A stretch of 64,000 nucleotides of DNA from Candidatus Levybacteria bacterium RIFCSPHIGHO2_01_FULL_40_16. GTDB lineage: Bacteria; Patescibacteriota; Microgenomatia; Levybacterales; UBA12049. Shown one piece after another: positions 39,066 through 48,895 of the stretch. The notes below the pieces were generated by a model. It saw nothing but the letters and a program-made list of their open reading frames with translations, did no database searches and was not told where the DNA came from. The position numbers and the translations under genes are program-made. The stretch spans positions 649 through 64,648 of the forward strand of contig MFNS01000001.1 in the NCBI GenBank assembly GCA_001783805.1, given 5' to 3'. Within the stretch, counting starts at the first letter, position 1; every line of letters begins with the position of its first letter.

Positions 39066-40703
39066 ATGAAGAAAATATTAAATTGGAAACTTGGCTTAGC
39101 ATTAATTATTTTTCTCGCTGCCTTCTTAAGGTTATGGAAATTAGGCAATGTACCAAGCGGGATACCGGATGATGAAGCATATTATGTCTATAACGCTTAT
39201 AGCATTTGGTATACGGGAAAAGATATTCTAGGAAATTTCCTACCTCTCTCGTTTAACTCTCATTCCTCAATGTCTCCGGTAGTTATTTATGTAACCGCTC
39301 CTTTTGTAGGGATAATGGGTCTTAGTGCCTTTTCAGGAAGATTGCCTGCGGCACTTGCGAGCATCGGGTCGGTCTTTCTGCTATTCTTGTTGGTAAAAAA
39401 TATTTTTAAAGATAAAAGAATAGCATTATTTAGCTCTTTACTGTTCGCAATTTCCCCCTGGGCGCTCCAAATAGGAAGAGGAGCAATTCTGGATACGGAC
39501 TTCGCCTTATTCTTCTTGCTGCTTGGAATCTACGTTTTTATTGCAAGAATTGATAGTCGAAAATTTTTATGGTCTCTTATTCCTTTCGCAATTGCTTTTT
39601 ATAGTTATCACGCAACCAAAGTCTTTTTTGTTTTTTTAATACCCGTTTTAATATTTTTCTTTAGGGAAAAATTATTAATAAGGAAAAAAGAAACAGCGTT
39701 TTTTTTGATAGGATGTTTGTTGTTAATAATATCCTTCTTATTTATAATTAAAACACAAAAAGTTACTAGGCAGGACAATGTCTTCTTGCTTAACGGTCCC
39801 GCAGCTACTACTCAAGTTAATTGGGAAAGGCAATATAATACGGCTCCATGGATACTACGGGTTATTTTTAGCAATAAACCATTATATTATCTGAAAGCAA
39901 TTAGAGAAAATTATCTTAAAGCTTTTTCTCCTGAATTTTTATTTTTATCGGGAGAAGGAGGTACTCCTTCACAAATAGTAAACATCTATTATAGGGGGGA
40001 GTTGTACATCATTGAACTGCCATTATTGCTTCTTGGAATTTACACTCTTTTTAAAAATAAAGATAAATTTTCAAGAAATTTTCTAGTAACATTATTATTG
40101 ATAAGTGCTTTACCTTCTACATTTACTCTTGATAGGAATTTCGTAAACAGAGACATAATGATGCTGCCAATATTGTTAATAATAGTTGCTTGTGGGCTGA
40201 CGTACTTGTTGGAACGAGTAGCATTATATAAAAAAATATACAGATACATTTTTATATCTGTTTTTGTTTTGATTTATTTATTTTTATTTATAGGGTATCT
40301 TTATCAATATTATTATAGGTGGACGGTATATGGGTCGGAAGCATGGGGAACAAGCTCTAAGGAATTAGTAGAATTTGTATCGAAAGTAAAAGGAGAGTAT
40401 GAGAATGTGTATATAAGTAATTCTTATAGAAATTTCCTAATGCAATATGCTGTCTTTGAAAAGATTGATCCAAGAATAGTGCAAAAGGCTTGGAACACTA
40501 ATCCAATTAAAATTTATAATATTACTATGCTTCTGGAATGCTTAAACAACGGAGTAGGGATAGTAAAAGATTTTATTCCCCCAAAAACGCTTTATATTTA
40601 CTCGGCGAGTGATTGTAAGTATAGTTCTAGTACGCCAACGGCAAGAATAATCGACAAAGGTGAATTACTTCACGTAATTTGGGATATATATGAAAATAAG
40701 TAG
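39066..40703 (+). CDS. PMT/ArnT-family GT-C glycosyltransferase (tandem paralog 1 of 4)
   Basis: 'PDDEAYYVYNAYSIWYTGKDILGNFLPLSF' DE-loop. Polytopic. 545 aa. Confidence 0.75.
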   Translation: MKKILNWKLGLALIIFLAAFLRLWKLGNVPSGIPDDEAYYVYNAYSIWYTGKDILGNFLPLSFNSHSSMSPVVIYVTAPFVGIMGLSAFSGRLPAALASIGSVFLLFLLVKNIFKDKRIALFSSLLFAISPWALQIGRGAILDTDFALFFLLLGIYVFIARIDSRKFLWSLIPFAIAFYSYHATKVFFVFLIPVLIFFFREKLLIRKKETAFFLIGCLLLIISFLFIIKTQKVTRQDNVFLLNGPAATTQVNWERQYNTAPWILRVIFSNKPLYYLKAIRENYLKAFSPEFLFLSGEGGTPSQIVNIYYRGELYIIELPLLLLGIYTLFKNKDKFSRNFLVTLLLISALPSTFTLDRNFVNRDIMMLPILLIIVACGLTYLLERVALYKKIYRYIFISVFVLIYLFLFIGYLYQYYYRWTVYGSEAWGTSSKELVEFVSKVKGEYENVYISNSYRNFLMQYAVFEKIDPRIVQKAWNTNPIKIYNITMLLECLNNGVGIVKDFIPPKTLYIYSASDCKYSSSTPTARIIDKGELLHVIWDIYENK

Positions 40704-42318
40704 GTATTTAAACAAAAATATAATTCTATTTTTTATAGTTTTAATTGCTTTTTTCTTAAGGATTTATGCTTTGGATAAAATTCCGGATAGTCTTAATCCT
40801 GACGAAGCGGCAATAGGCTATACTTCTTATTCATTTTTAATGTCGGGAGCAGATGAGCATGGTAAATTTTTACCTTTATCTACGCAATCTTTTGGCGACT
40901 GGAAATTATCTCTTTATTCATACATTGGAATTCTGCCGGTAGCGTTGTTTGGCTTAAATGAATTTTCTGTAAGATCTGTAAGCATGCTATCCGGAATTAT
41001 TGGAGTTCTATTAATTTATTTCATAAGCAACACGCTTTTTGGCAAAAGATCAATTGCCTTGCTTTCTGCTTTATTCTTTGCCATTTCTCCTTGGAACATT
41101 TATTTCTCGCGTGCAGCTTATGAGGTTAATTTAGCAACAACGATTTTTCTGGGAGGACTATTGGTTTTCTTAAAATATGTTTATTCTGATAAAAAAAACG
41201 TAAAACTGCTGACGATATCCTTAGTACTTTTTGCTCTTACAATGTTTACTTATCATAGCTATATATTATTTACTCCCGTTTTTGTTTTAGCACTGATAAT
41301 ATTTTTTAGAGAATCAATTTTTATAAATAAAAAATCCTATTTATCAATCACAATTTTTATTATTTTGAGTATTATTTCTATCTTTAGTGCCTCTTCAGGA
41401 GGTAATAAGTTATCGACATTGATAATTAATGATAGAAATATAATTTATGAGCGGGTAGAAAAATTAAGAGGAGATAATGCTCTGAAAAATCTTCTTTTTG
41501 AAAAGCTATTGTTAAATAAATATTTTGGTGTTTCTTATCAAGTTGCACAAAATTATATTAATTCTTTTTCTCCAAGTTTTCTTTTTGATAAAGGAGGAGA
41601 AAAATTGGTACATAATATCGGAGCGTTTGGTAATATATATATATTTGACGCCTTATTCCTTTTAGCCGGTTTTGCCGGATTATTTTGGAATAGAGAGAAA
41701 TCCCTAAGATTGCTTATTCTTTGGTTAATTGTTGCGCCAATATCTTCTGCTATAACTAAAGATGCTCCTAACTCAACCCGCTTATTTGTTTTGATGCCTC
41801 TTTTTGTGCTGGTTGCGTCCTATGGCGCTTATCAAATTTTCGTTTTTTTGAAAAAAAACACAGTTATAAACCTTGCTATAAAAGGATTATTAATTTTCCT
41901 TTTCCTATTAAATGTGTTGTTTTTTCTAGACGTCTATTTTGTCCATTTCAACGTACAAAGAGCCAGATTTTGGCATTTTGGATATCGTGAAGCAGTAAAA
42001 TTAACCGATAAATACTCCACATATAACGTAGCAATGCGGGGACCGGAAAATTTTCCTTACATATATTTTTTGTTTTACGAAAAATATAATCCTTATCAAT
42101 TCAGGAAAGAGGTGACTTATTATCCTCCAACCTCCGAGGGGTTTTATTATGTAAAAAGTTTTGGAAGATATCAATTTGTCGACAAAATCGATTACTCGCA
42201 CCTTGCAAAAAACACAATCTATATAGACGATACCCGTTTGGATGATAAAAAACATTCAATATTTCTACCGTCTGGTGAGCCCATTCTTGGCTACTATATA
42301 GTAGGAAATAATAAATGA
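40690..42318 (+). CDS. PMT/ArnT-family GT-C glycosyltransferase (tandem paralog 2 of 4)
   Basis: 'NPDEAAIGYTSYSFLMSGADEHGKFLPLS'. 542 aa. Contains an A9 homopolymer at ~41861. Confidence 0.75.
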   Translation: MKISRYLNKNIILFFIVLIAFFLRIYALDKIPDSLNPDEAAIGYTSYSFLMSGADEHGKFLPLSTQSFGDWKLSLYSYIGILPVALFGLNEFSVRSVSMLSGIIGVLLIYFISNTLFGKRSIALLSALFFAISPWNIYFSRAAYEVNLATTIFLGGLLVFLKYVYSDKKNVKLLTISLVLFALTMFTYHSYILFTPVFVLALIIFFRESIFINKKSYLSITIFIILSIISIFSASSGGNKLSTLIINDRNIIYERVEKLRGDNALKNLLFEKLLLNKYFGVSYQVAQNYINSFSPSFLFDKGGEKLVHNIGAFGNIYIFDALFLLAGFAGLFWNREKSLRLLILWLIVAPISSAITKDAPNSTRLFVLMPLFVLVASYGAYQIFVFLKKNTVINLAIKGLLIFLFLLNVLFFLDVYFVHFNVQRARFWHFGYREAVKLTDKYSTYNVAMRGPENFPYIYFLFYEKYNPYQFRKEVTYYPPTSEGFYYVKSFGRYQFVDKIDYSHLAKNTIYIDDTRLDDKKHSIFLPSGEPILGYYIVGNNK

Positions 42319-43934
42319 AGAGACAATATCTAATTTTAATATTAATAATTCTATTGGCAGCTTTTCTAAGATTTTGGCAATTGGGTGAAAATCCCCCCTC
42401 GTTAACCTGGGATGAAGCAGCATGGGGATACAATGCTTATTCTTTGGGGATAGATGGAAAAGATGAATTTGGAAGATTTTTGCCGCTTAACTATTTAGAG
42501 TCGTTTGGTGATTTCAAACCACCGATGTATGCATACTTAGATATTATTCCCGTTAAGCTGTTTGGGTTGAATGAATTTGCAACAAGATTTCCTTCGGCAT
42601 TTTTTGGAGTATTGACAGTCCTAATCACTTATTTTTTAACAAAAAGAATTTTTTGGAATTCCAGATCAAGAGAAACGTACGCTTTACTTTCCGCTCTTTT
42701 TCTGGCAATTTCACCTTGGTATATTTTGTTGTCGCGAGCTGCATTTGAGGCAAATGTGGCGAATTTTTTTATAGTTTTTGGAGTTTTTGCATTTTTGGAA
42801 GGAGTGTTGAATAAAAAATGGCTTCTAGTCTTATCGGCAATTTCCTTCGCGCTTTCTTTTTACACATTTAACACGGCAAGGGTTGTTTCTCCGATTATGG
42901 TTATTTTACTTGCTATTATATTTAGGAAAAATCTCTGGAAAATAAAAAAAACAGTTATTCTCTCGGCAATTATTGGTTTTTTGGTTTTTTTGCCTACCTT
43001 CGGGTTTCTGCTAAGTCCGCAGGCGAGCCTAAGGTTTCAAGAAGTTAATATTTTTTCCGATACGGCAATCATTAAAGAGTCAAATCAAGAAATCGTCAAT
43101 GACAATAACGCTTGGTGGTCAAAGATAATCCACAATAGAAGATTTCTATATGGACTTGATTATCTAAAACACTATTTTGACAATTTTAATCCGGGGTTCT
43201 TATTTATAACAGGGGATGGTAACCCAAAGTTTTCTACACAAACAGTCGGGCAAATGTATGTCTGGGATATAATATTCTTTGTTTCCGGTTTAGTTTTTTT
43301 ATTCAAAAAAAAGGAGGGTAATTGGTGGATTATTCCTTCGTGGCTTTTGATAGGAATTATACCGGCTGCTTTGGCCAAAGAAACTCCTCATGCCTTAAGG
43401 ATTGAATCCTCCTTGCCTACATTTCAAATTATCGTAGCGTATGGCTTTATTCAATTAATAGATAAAATTAATAAATACAAAAAAACAATTATTTATTGCC
43501 TACTACTTCCTTTGTTTGTCAATTTTTTCTATTTTTTTCATGATTATTTTTATAGTTATAAGTATGAATATTCCGGTGAATGGCAGTATGGCTATAAACA
43601 ATCAATTGATTATGTAAAGTCAGTAGAGGATAATTATGATTTCATACAGGCATCAAATTATTTAGGCAGAGCTTATGTCTACTACCTTTTTTATACAAAA
43701 ACAGATCCGAATTATTTTAGAGAGACTGTAAATATAAGTAGAGACATATTTGGTTTCGTTTCGGTTAACAGTTTTGGGAAGTATATTTTTCCTCAAAATT
43801 TTAATCATAGCCTAAGCGCTACGAAGAAAGTTTTATATATAGATAATTCAAAAAATCTGCCGGGCAACGCTAAGGTATTGAAAAGATTTTACCTTCTGAA
43901 CGGCGAAGAAAAATTAGTCGCATACACAATATGA
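42315..43934 (+). CDS. PMT/ArnT-family GT-C glycosyltransferase (tandem paralog 3 of 4)
   Basis: 'LTWDEAAWGYNAYSLGIDGKDEFGRFLPLNY'. 539 aa. Confidence 0.75.
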   Translation: MKRQYLILILIILLAAFLRFWQLGENPPSLTWDEAAWGYNAYSLGIDGKDEFGRFLPLNYLESFGDFKPPMYAYLDIIPVKLFGLNEFATRFPSAFFGVLTVLITYFLTKRIFWNSRSRETYALLSALFLAISPWYILLSRAAFEANVANFFIVFGVFAFLEGVLNKKWLLVLSAISFALSFYTFNTARVVSPIMVILLAIIFRKNLWKIKKTVILSAIIGFLVFLPTFGFLLSPQASLRFQEVNIFSDTAIIKESNQEIVNDNNAWWSKIIHNRRFLYGLDYLKHYFDNFNPGFLFITGDGNPKFSTQTVGQMYVWDIIFFVSGLVFLFKKKEGNWWIIPSWLLIGIIPAALAKETPHALRIESSLPTFQIIVAYGFIQLIDKINKYKKTIIYCLLLPLFVNFFYFFHDYFYSYKYEYSGEWQYGYKQSIDYVKSVEDNYDFIQASNYLGRAYVYYLFYTKTDPNYFRETVNISRDIFGFVSVNSFGKYIFPQNFNHSLSATKKVLYIDNSKNLPGNAKVLKRFYLLNGEEKLVAYTI

Positions 43935-45586
43935 AAAAAATTATTTGGATATTATTAGCTGCAATTATTTTGGGAGGCGCATTGAGATTGTGGCAGCTTG
44001 GAAACATTCCTCCTTCTCCTGATTGGGATGAAGCTTCTCTAGGATATGATGCATATTCAATCCTCCAAACCGGGAAGGACCAATTTGGAGAGTTCTTGCC
44101 GGTTGTTCTTCGCTCTTTTAATGATTATAAGCCTGCATTCTACGCATATCTAGCCATACCTTCAATCTTTGTGTTTGGTTTAAATACTCTTGCAGTTAGG
44201 TTCCCTTCGGCTATTTTTGGAATATTATCAATCATTGCTGTATTTTATTTGGTAAAAGAAATATTTGAAAATTATAAATATAAAGATTATCTGGCCGTTA
44301 TTTCCAGTTTTTTACTGGCAATTTCTCCTTTGTCCATTCAATTTTCAAGGGTGGGGTTTGAGTCAAATGTCGGGACCGCCTTTAATATTTTTGCAGCTCT
44401 TTTTTTTCTGAAAGGTCTTAAAAAGCCATGGCTTTTGTCTCTTTCGGCAATTTGTGCGGGACTTGCTATCTACACTTATCAAAGCGAAAAAGTTTTCACA
44501 CCTTTACTTTTGCTCGTAATGGTTTTGCTGTTCAGGAAAAAACTATTTTCAATAAATAAAAAATATCTAGCTTCAGCTTTTGTTATTGGAGCGATAATTG
44601 TTCTGTCAATGATTTTTTATACATTTACGGACAAGTCTTCCTTAGAAAGACTGCGGGGAACGAGTGTTTTTTCTTCCCAGACAGAACTTCTTAAAGCAAA
44701 TTTAAGAAAATTGGATAGGGATCAGCAAAACAATGATAAGTTGGGATTATTTCTGGATAATAGGAGAATTGTTTATGCCAAGACTATTCTTCAAAGTTAT
44801 TTAACTCATTTTGATTTAAACTGGCTATTTATTCAGGGTGATATCGCCAGGCATCATGCTCATGGAATGGGGATAATGTATCTGTTTGAGTTTCCGCTTT
44901 TACTTTTGGGGATTTACAGCCTGCTATTCGGGCAATTCGATAGGAGAACAAAATTACTTATATTTTTATGGGTTCTAATTACTCCTATTCCGGCTTCGGT
45001 TACAATGGGAGTTCCTAGCGCGGTCAGGACGCTTAATTTTTTGCCGGCAGTTCAAATACTAACTGCTTTAGGAGTTTTGTCGGCAATAAAACTTGTATCA
45101 GATATTGAATATCAAGTATTAGGTTTACGATTAAAATATCTTATTTTTTTCTTTTCTTTTTGTTTTTTCATATTTAATTTTTCATATTATCTTAACCAAT
45201 ATTTTGTCCAATCAAATTATTATGACTCGGCCTACTGGCAATATGGCTATAAACAGGCAGTTGATGAGTCTTTGAAATTGCAAGATAAATATCAGAAAAT
45301 AATTGTATCGAACAATGAGTCAATGAACCAGTCATATATATATTTCTTATTTTATTTAAGATACCCGCCTCAAGATTATCAGAAAATTGTCAATAATAAA
45401 CCTAAAGGCACTTTTGATAATTCCTTTGGAGAGTATATTTTTAAGAAAATTGATTGGGGAAAAGACTCTTTAATAAAAAATGTTTTATATATTGCAAATC
45501 CAAACGAAATTCCGGATAGGGTACAAACAATAAAAACCATTTATAATTTAAATGGAACACCGGCAATTAAGATCGTCGGCACGTAG
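43931..45586 (+). CDS. PMT/ArnT-family GT-C glycosyltransferase (tandem paralog 4 of 4)
   Basis: 'PDWDEASLGYDAYSILQTGKDQFGEFLPVVL'. 551 aa. Carries the shared nucleotide module at 45089-45121. Confidence 0.75.
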   Translation: MKKIIWILLAAIILGGALRLWQLGNIPPSPDWDEASLGYDAYSILQTGKDQFGEFLPVVLRSFNDYKPAFYAYLAIPSIFVFGLNTLAVRFPSAIFGILSIIAVFYLVKEIFENYKYKDYLAVISSFLLAISPLSIQFSRVGFESNVGTAFNIFAALFFLKGLKKPWLLSLSAICAGLAIYTYQSEKVFTPLLLLVMVLLFRKKLFSINKKYLASAFVIGAIIVLSMIFYTFTDKSSLERLRGTSVFSSQTELLKANLRKLDRDQQNNDKLGLFLDNRRIVYAKTILQSYLTHFDLNWLFIQGDIARHHAHGMGIMYLFEFPLLLLGIYSLLFGQFDRRTKLLIFLWVLITPIPASVTMGVPSAVRTLNFLPAVQILTALGVLSAIKLVSDIEYQVLGLRLKYLIFFFSFCFFIFNFSYYLNQYFVQSNYYDSAYWQYGYKQAVDESLKLQDKYQKIIVSNNESMNQSYIYFLFYLRYPPQDYQKIVNNKPKGTFDNSFGEYIFKKIDWGKDSLIKNVLYIANPNEIPDRVQTIKTIYNLNGTPAIKIVGT

Positions 45587-45594
45587 GGGAACAT

Positions 45595-47097
45595 ATGGGA
45601 AGATTTATAAAAAAAGAGCTGTTGATATTGTATCTAATTATTTTTGTGGGTTTATTTTTAAGAGTGCAGGGAATTTTTACAAATTCTTTTGCTTTTACTT
45701 ATGATGTCGGGCGGGATATGCTTGCTGTTAGCGACATTGTCCATTTGGGTAAAATTCTCCTTATCGGTCAAACGACCGGGCTTCCCGGATTATTCTATGG
45801 GCCGTGGTGGTATTATATCCTAATTCCTCCATTTGTTTTGGCTTCCGGAGATCCGGCCGGCGTAGCATTATTTATAGCTTTAAGCGGGGCTGTAACTGTC
45901 CTTTTGGGATTTAAATTGGGGAAAGGTATTGGGGGAACAGTTCTTGGTTTAGTATTTGCTTCTTTTCTATCTTTTTCTCCTGTAATGGTTGGGCTAACAA
46001 GTCAGATTTGGAACCCCAACCTTATACCTCTTTTTATAATCATTTTTATGTACTGCCTTCATCGGATTTTCGTTTTCTTGGAGAAGAAAAAGGGTATAGG
46101 AGTAGCGTATCTCTTGTTTCTAGGCTTACTTTTGGGACTTATCTTAGATCTTGAAGTTGTCTTTGGTCTGCTTTTTCTTGTTGGCGCAATTATTTCAATA
46201 ATTTTATTTTTAGGTAAACGAATTAAATTGAAAGATTACCTATTTATTATTTTAGGATTTTTCATAATTATGTTTCCCCGCATAGTATTTGAATTAAGAC
46301 ATAATTTTTTAATGACTAATGCCCTGATGTCATTTGTTGGGAATACTTTGTCATCGTCAAATGGGAGTCAAAGCTCTTTTGCGCCTGTTAATAGTTTTAT
46401 TAGATTGTATGGGTTGTGGACGGATACTATTTCGATGGGAAACGTATTTTGGGGTTTTGTTTTATTATTTTTATTAGCATTTGGTTTAATTTCATTACAT
46501 AAAAAAATGGAAAAAGAGAAAAAGTTTTTTTTATTAATTAATTTAATAATTTTAACAACGTTTCTGATTGGTCTTAGTTTTTTTCCAGGAGCCATTTGGA
46601 GTCATTATATTGTAGGAATTCCGGTTCTTTACATTTTCATTCTAAGTATTGCAGTTTCGAAACTTCTACATCTTAAGAAAACAAGATTCATTATTGTTTT
46701 GGCATTTGTTATTCTATTGGCGTCATATGTGAATCCAATACGAATAATAAGTGAATACCAAAAGCCATTATGGGAAGGGGACGCGTCCGTGTATAGAAAT
46801 CAACTTGTAATTGTAGACTATATTTATAAAGAGGCTCAGGGAAAAGAGTTTAAATATGTAGTTTATACGCCGCCGGTTCACGATTACACATACAAGTATC
46901 TTTTTAAATGGTATGGTCTGAATAAATATAATTATTTACCAAGTAGCAATTCTCGTCTTGCATATTTTATCCTTGAACCGGATTTGCAATATCCCTCAAG
47001 ACTTACGGATTGGTTAAGATTAAGGGAAAAGGATGGCAGAATAATAAAAGCAGAAAAATTTAAAAGCGGAATTATTGTTCAGACGAGAATCCATTAA
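45595..47097 (+). CDS. Polytopic membrane protein with C-terminal soluble domain, putative GT-C-like
   Basis: 500 aa, ~11 TM helices. No confident family assignment. Confidence 0.5.
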   Translation: MGRFIKKELLILYLIIFVGLFLRVQGIFTNSFAFTYDVGRDMLAVSDIVHLGKILLIGQTTGLPGLFYGPWWYYILIPPFVLASGDPAGVALFIALSGAVTVLLGFKLGKGIGGTVLGLVFASFLSFSPVMVGLTSQIWNPNLIPLFIIIFMYCLHRIFVFLEKKKGIGVAYLLFLGLLLGLILDLEVVFGLLFLVGAIISIILFLGKRIKLKDYLFIILGFFIIMFPRIVFELRHNFLMTNALMSFVGNTLSSSNGSQSSFAPVNSFIRLYGLWTDTISMGNVFWGFVLLFLLAFGLISLHKKMEKEKKFFLLINLIILTTFLIGLSFFPGAIWSHYIVGIPVLYIFILSIAVSKLLHLKKTRFIIVLAFVILLASYVNPIRIISEYQKPLWEGDASVYRNQLVIVDYIYKEAQGKEFKYVVYTPPVHDYTYKYLFKWYGLNKYNYLPSSNSRLAYFILEPDLQYPSRLTDWLRLREKDGRIIKAEKFKSGIIVQTRIH

Positions 47098-47113
47098 ATT
47101 TCCTCATTTTGGT

Positions 47114-47142
47114 TTGTAAATAGGTTATTTTATTGTTATGAT
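47114..47142 (+). promoter_or_regulatory. Promoter TTGTAA-N17-TATGAT placed 8 nt before the ATG at 47151 (leaderless or near-leaderless)
   Basis: Direct reading: ttgtaa ataggttattttattgt tatgat agttcagt ATG. Confidence 0.35.
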
Positions 47143-47150
47143 AGTTCAGT

Positions 47151-47927
47151 ATGGCAAGGATGACCCTTTCTGTTGTCTTGGCGACCCATAATGAGGAAGA
47201 AAATTTACCCGGATGTTTGGATTCTGTTCGCAATTTGGCAGATGAAATAATTATTGTTGATGGATCATCTATGGATAGGACAGTAGAAATCGCCAAAAAA
47301 TACGGCGCAAAAATAAAAATAACCACAAATAAGCCAAATTTTCATATCAATAAGCAAATGGCAATTGATATGGCAACCGGTGATTGGATTCTGCAATTGG
47401 ACGCCGATGAAAAGGTTTCGCCTGAACTTGTTCAGGAAATTAAATCCGAAATCCGAAATCCGAAATCCGAAATAAATGGTTATTGGATGCCGAGAAAAAA
47501 TTGGTTTTTGGGGAGATTCTTAATGAAAGGCGGTCAGTATCCTGATTATACTTTGCGGCTTTATCGCAAGGGCAAAGGACGCCTTCCTCAGGCACACGTT
47601 CATGAGCAGGCGGAGGTTATGGGTCGTGTTGAATATTTAAAACAAGCTCTCCTGCATTATCCATATAAAAATTTTGCGTCTTATCTTTTGAAGTGGAATA
47701 GATACAATGATCTTTTGGTAATGCAAATTAAAGAAAGTTTGGAAAATAAAAATTTTATTGCGAAAATTGGTTATGGGATTGGGTATTCGATAATTAAACC
47801 GGCGCATTGGTTCTTAACAACCTACATAAGGCATAAGGGATTTGTGGATTCGTGGTCCGGATTCATTTTCTCTCTTTTCTCCGCGTTAAGATTTCCTGTA
47901 TCATATATTAGATACCTATCCTTATGA
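47151..47927 (+). CDS. GT2 glycosyltransferase (Leloir-type)
   Basis: 'LSVVLATHNEEENLPGCL', 'IIIVDGSSMDRT', 'DADE'. Confidence 0.8.
   Translation: MARMTLSVVLATHNEEENLPGCLDSVRNLADEIIIVDGSSMDRTVEIAKKYGAKIKITTNKPNFHINKQMAIDMATGDWILQLDADEKVSPELVQEIKSEIRNPKSEINGYWMPRKNWFLGRFLMKGGQYPDYTLRLYRKGKGRLPQAHVHEQAEVMGRVEYLKQALLHYPYKNFASYLLKWNRYNDLLVMQIKESLENKNFIAKIGYGIGYSIIKPAHWFLTTYIRHKGFVDSWSGFIFSLFSALRFPVSYIRYLSL
47442..47469 (+). repeat. Heptanucleotide tandem repeat (AAATCCG)x4 in-frame inside the GT2 CDS
   Basis: Direct reading: GAAATTAAATCCGAAATCCGAAATCCGAAATCCGAAATAAATGG. It encodes KSEIRNPKSEI. Confidence 0.9.
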
Positions 47928-48895
47928 AAATTTTGGTGACCGGTGGAGCAGGCTATATAGGAAGCATTATGACCAAACGTCTTCTCGAAAGAGGAGATGA
48001 GGTAGTTGTTGTGGATAGTTTGGAAAGGGGACATAGGGAGACTGTGGATCCGAAAGCTAAATTAATGATTGGTAATCTCTTAGATAAGGCATTTGTTTCT
48101 TTAGCGTTTCAAGAAAGTCGTTTTGATGCCGTTATTCATTTTTCAGGCTATATTTCCATGGGAGAATCTATGGAAAATCCATATCTCTATTTTCAAAACA
48201 ATATTTTTTCCTCGCTTAATTTAATGGAGGAGATGGTAAAAACAAAAACGGATAACTTAATCTTTTCTTCAACAGCAGGTGTTTATGGAAATCCCGTAAA
48301 ACTTCCTATTCCGGAGGATCATCCTAGGAATCCGGAAAATCCATATGGTGAGAGTAAGTTGATGGTTGAAAAATTAATGTCATGGTATCAAAAAACTCAT
48401 GGTTTAAATTCAGTAGCTCTAAGATATTTTAATGCTTCGGGGGCATCCCTTGACGGAAAGCTTGGGGAAAACCATAATCCTGAAAGTCATATTATTCCCA
48501 ATATAATGAAGGCTATTTTAGCAGGAGAAAGTTTTAAATTGTTTGGTACAGATTACAAAACAAAAGATGGGACTTGCGTGCGTGACTATATTCACGTGAT
48601 TGATCTGGTAGGAGCACATGTTTTAGCAATTGATAAATTAATGAAAGACAAAGGAATGTTTTCATATAATGTGGGAACCGGTAACGGATATTCCAACAGA
48701 GAAGTTATTGAGATGGCTAAAAGAATTTCGGGCAAAGATTTTCAAGTTGAGGAATCAGCGAGAAGACCCGGAGATGCGGATACATTGATAGCGGATGCTT
48801 CAAAAATAAAAGAAGAACTTGGTTTTAATCCTAAATATTCAGACCTTGAGACAATTGTTAATTCCGCTTGGCAGTGGCACAAGAAACAAAGTTGA
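47924..48895 (+). CDS. galE: UDP-glucose (or UDP-hexose) 4-epimerase
   Basis: 'MKILVTGGAGYIGS' Rossmann motif. Catalytic 'YGESK'. ~323 aa, typical GalE. Confidence 0.8.
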   Translation: MKILVTGGAGYIGSIMTKRLLERGDEVVVVDSLERGHRETVDPKAKLMIGNLLDKAFVSLAFQESRFDAVIHFSGYISMGESMENPYLYFQNNIFSSLNLMEEMVKTKTDNLIFSSTAGVYGNPVKLPIPEDHPRNPENPYGESKLMVEKLMSWYQKTHGLNSVALRYFNASGASLDGKLGENHNPESHIIPNIMKAILAGESFKLFGTDYKTKDGTCVRDYIHVIDLVGAHVLAIDKLMKDKGMFSYNVGTGNGYSNREVIEMAKRISGKDFQVEESARRPGDADTLIADASKIKEELGFNPKYSDLETIVNSAWQWHKKQS

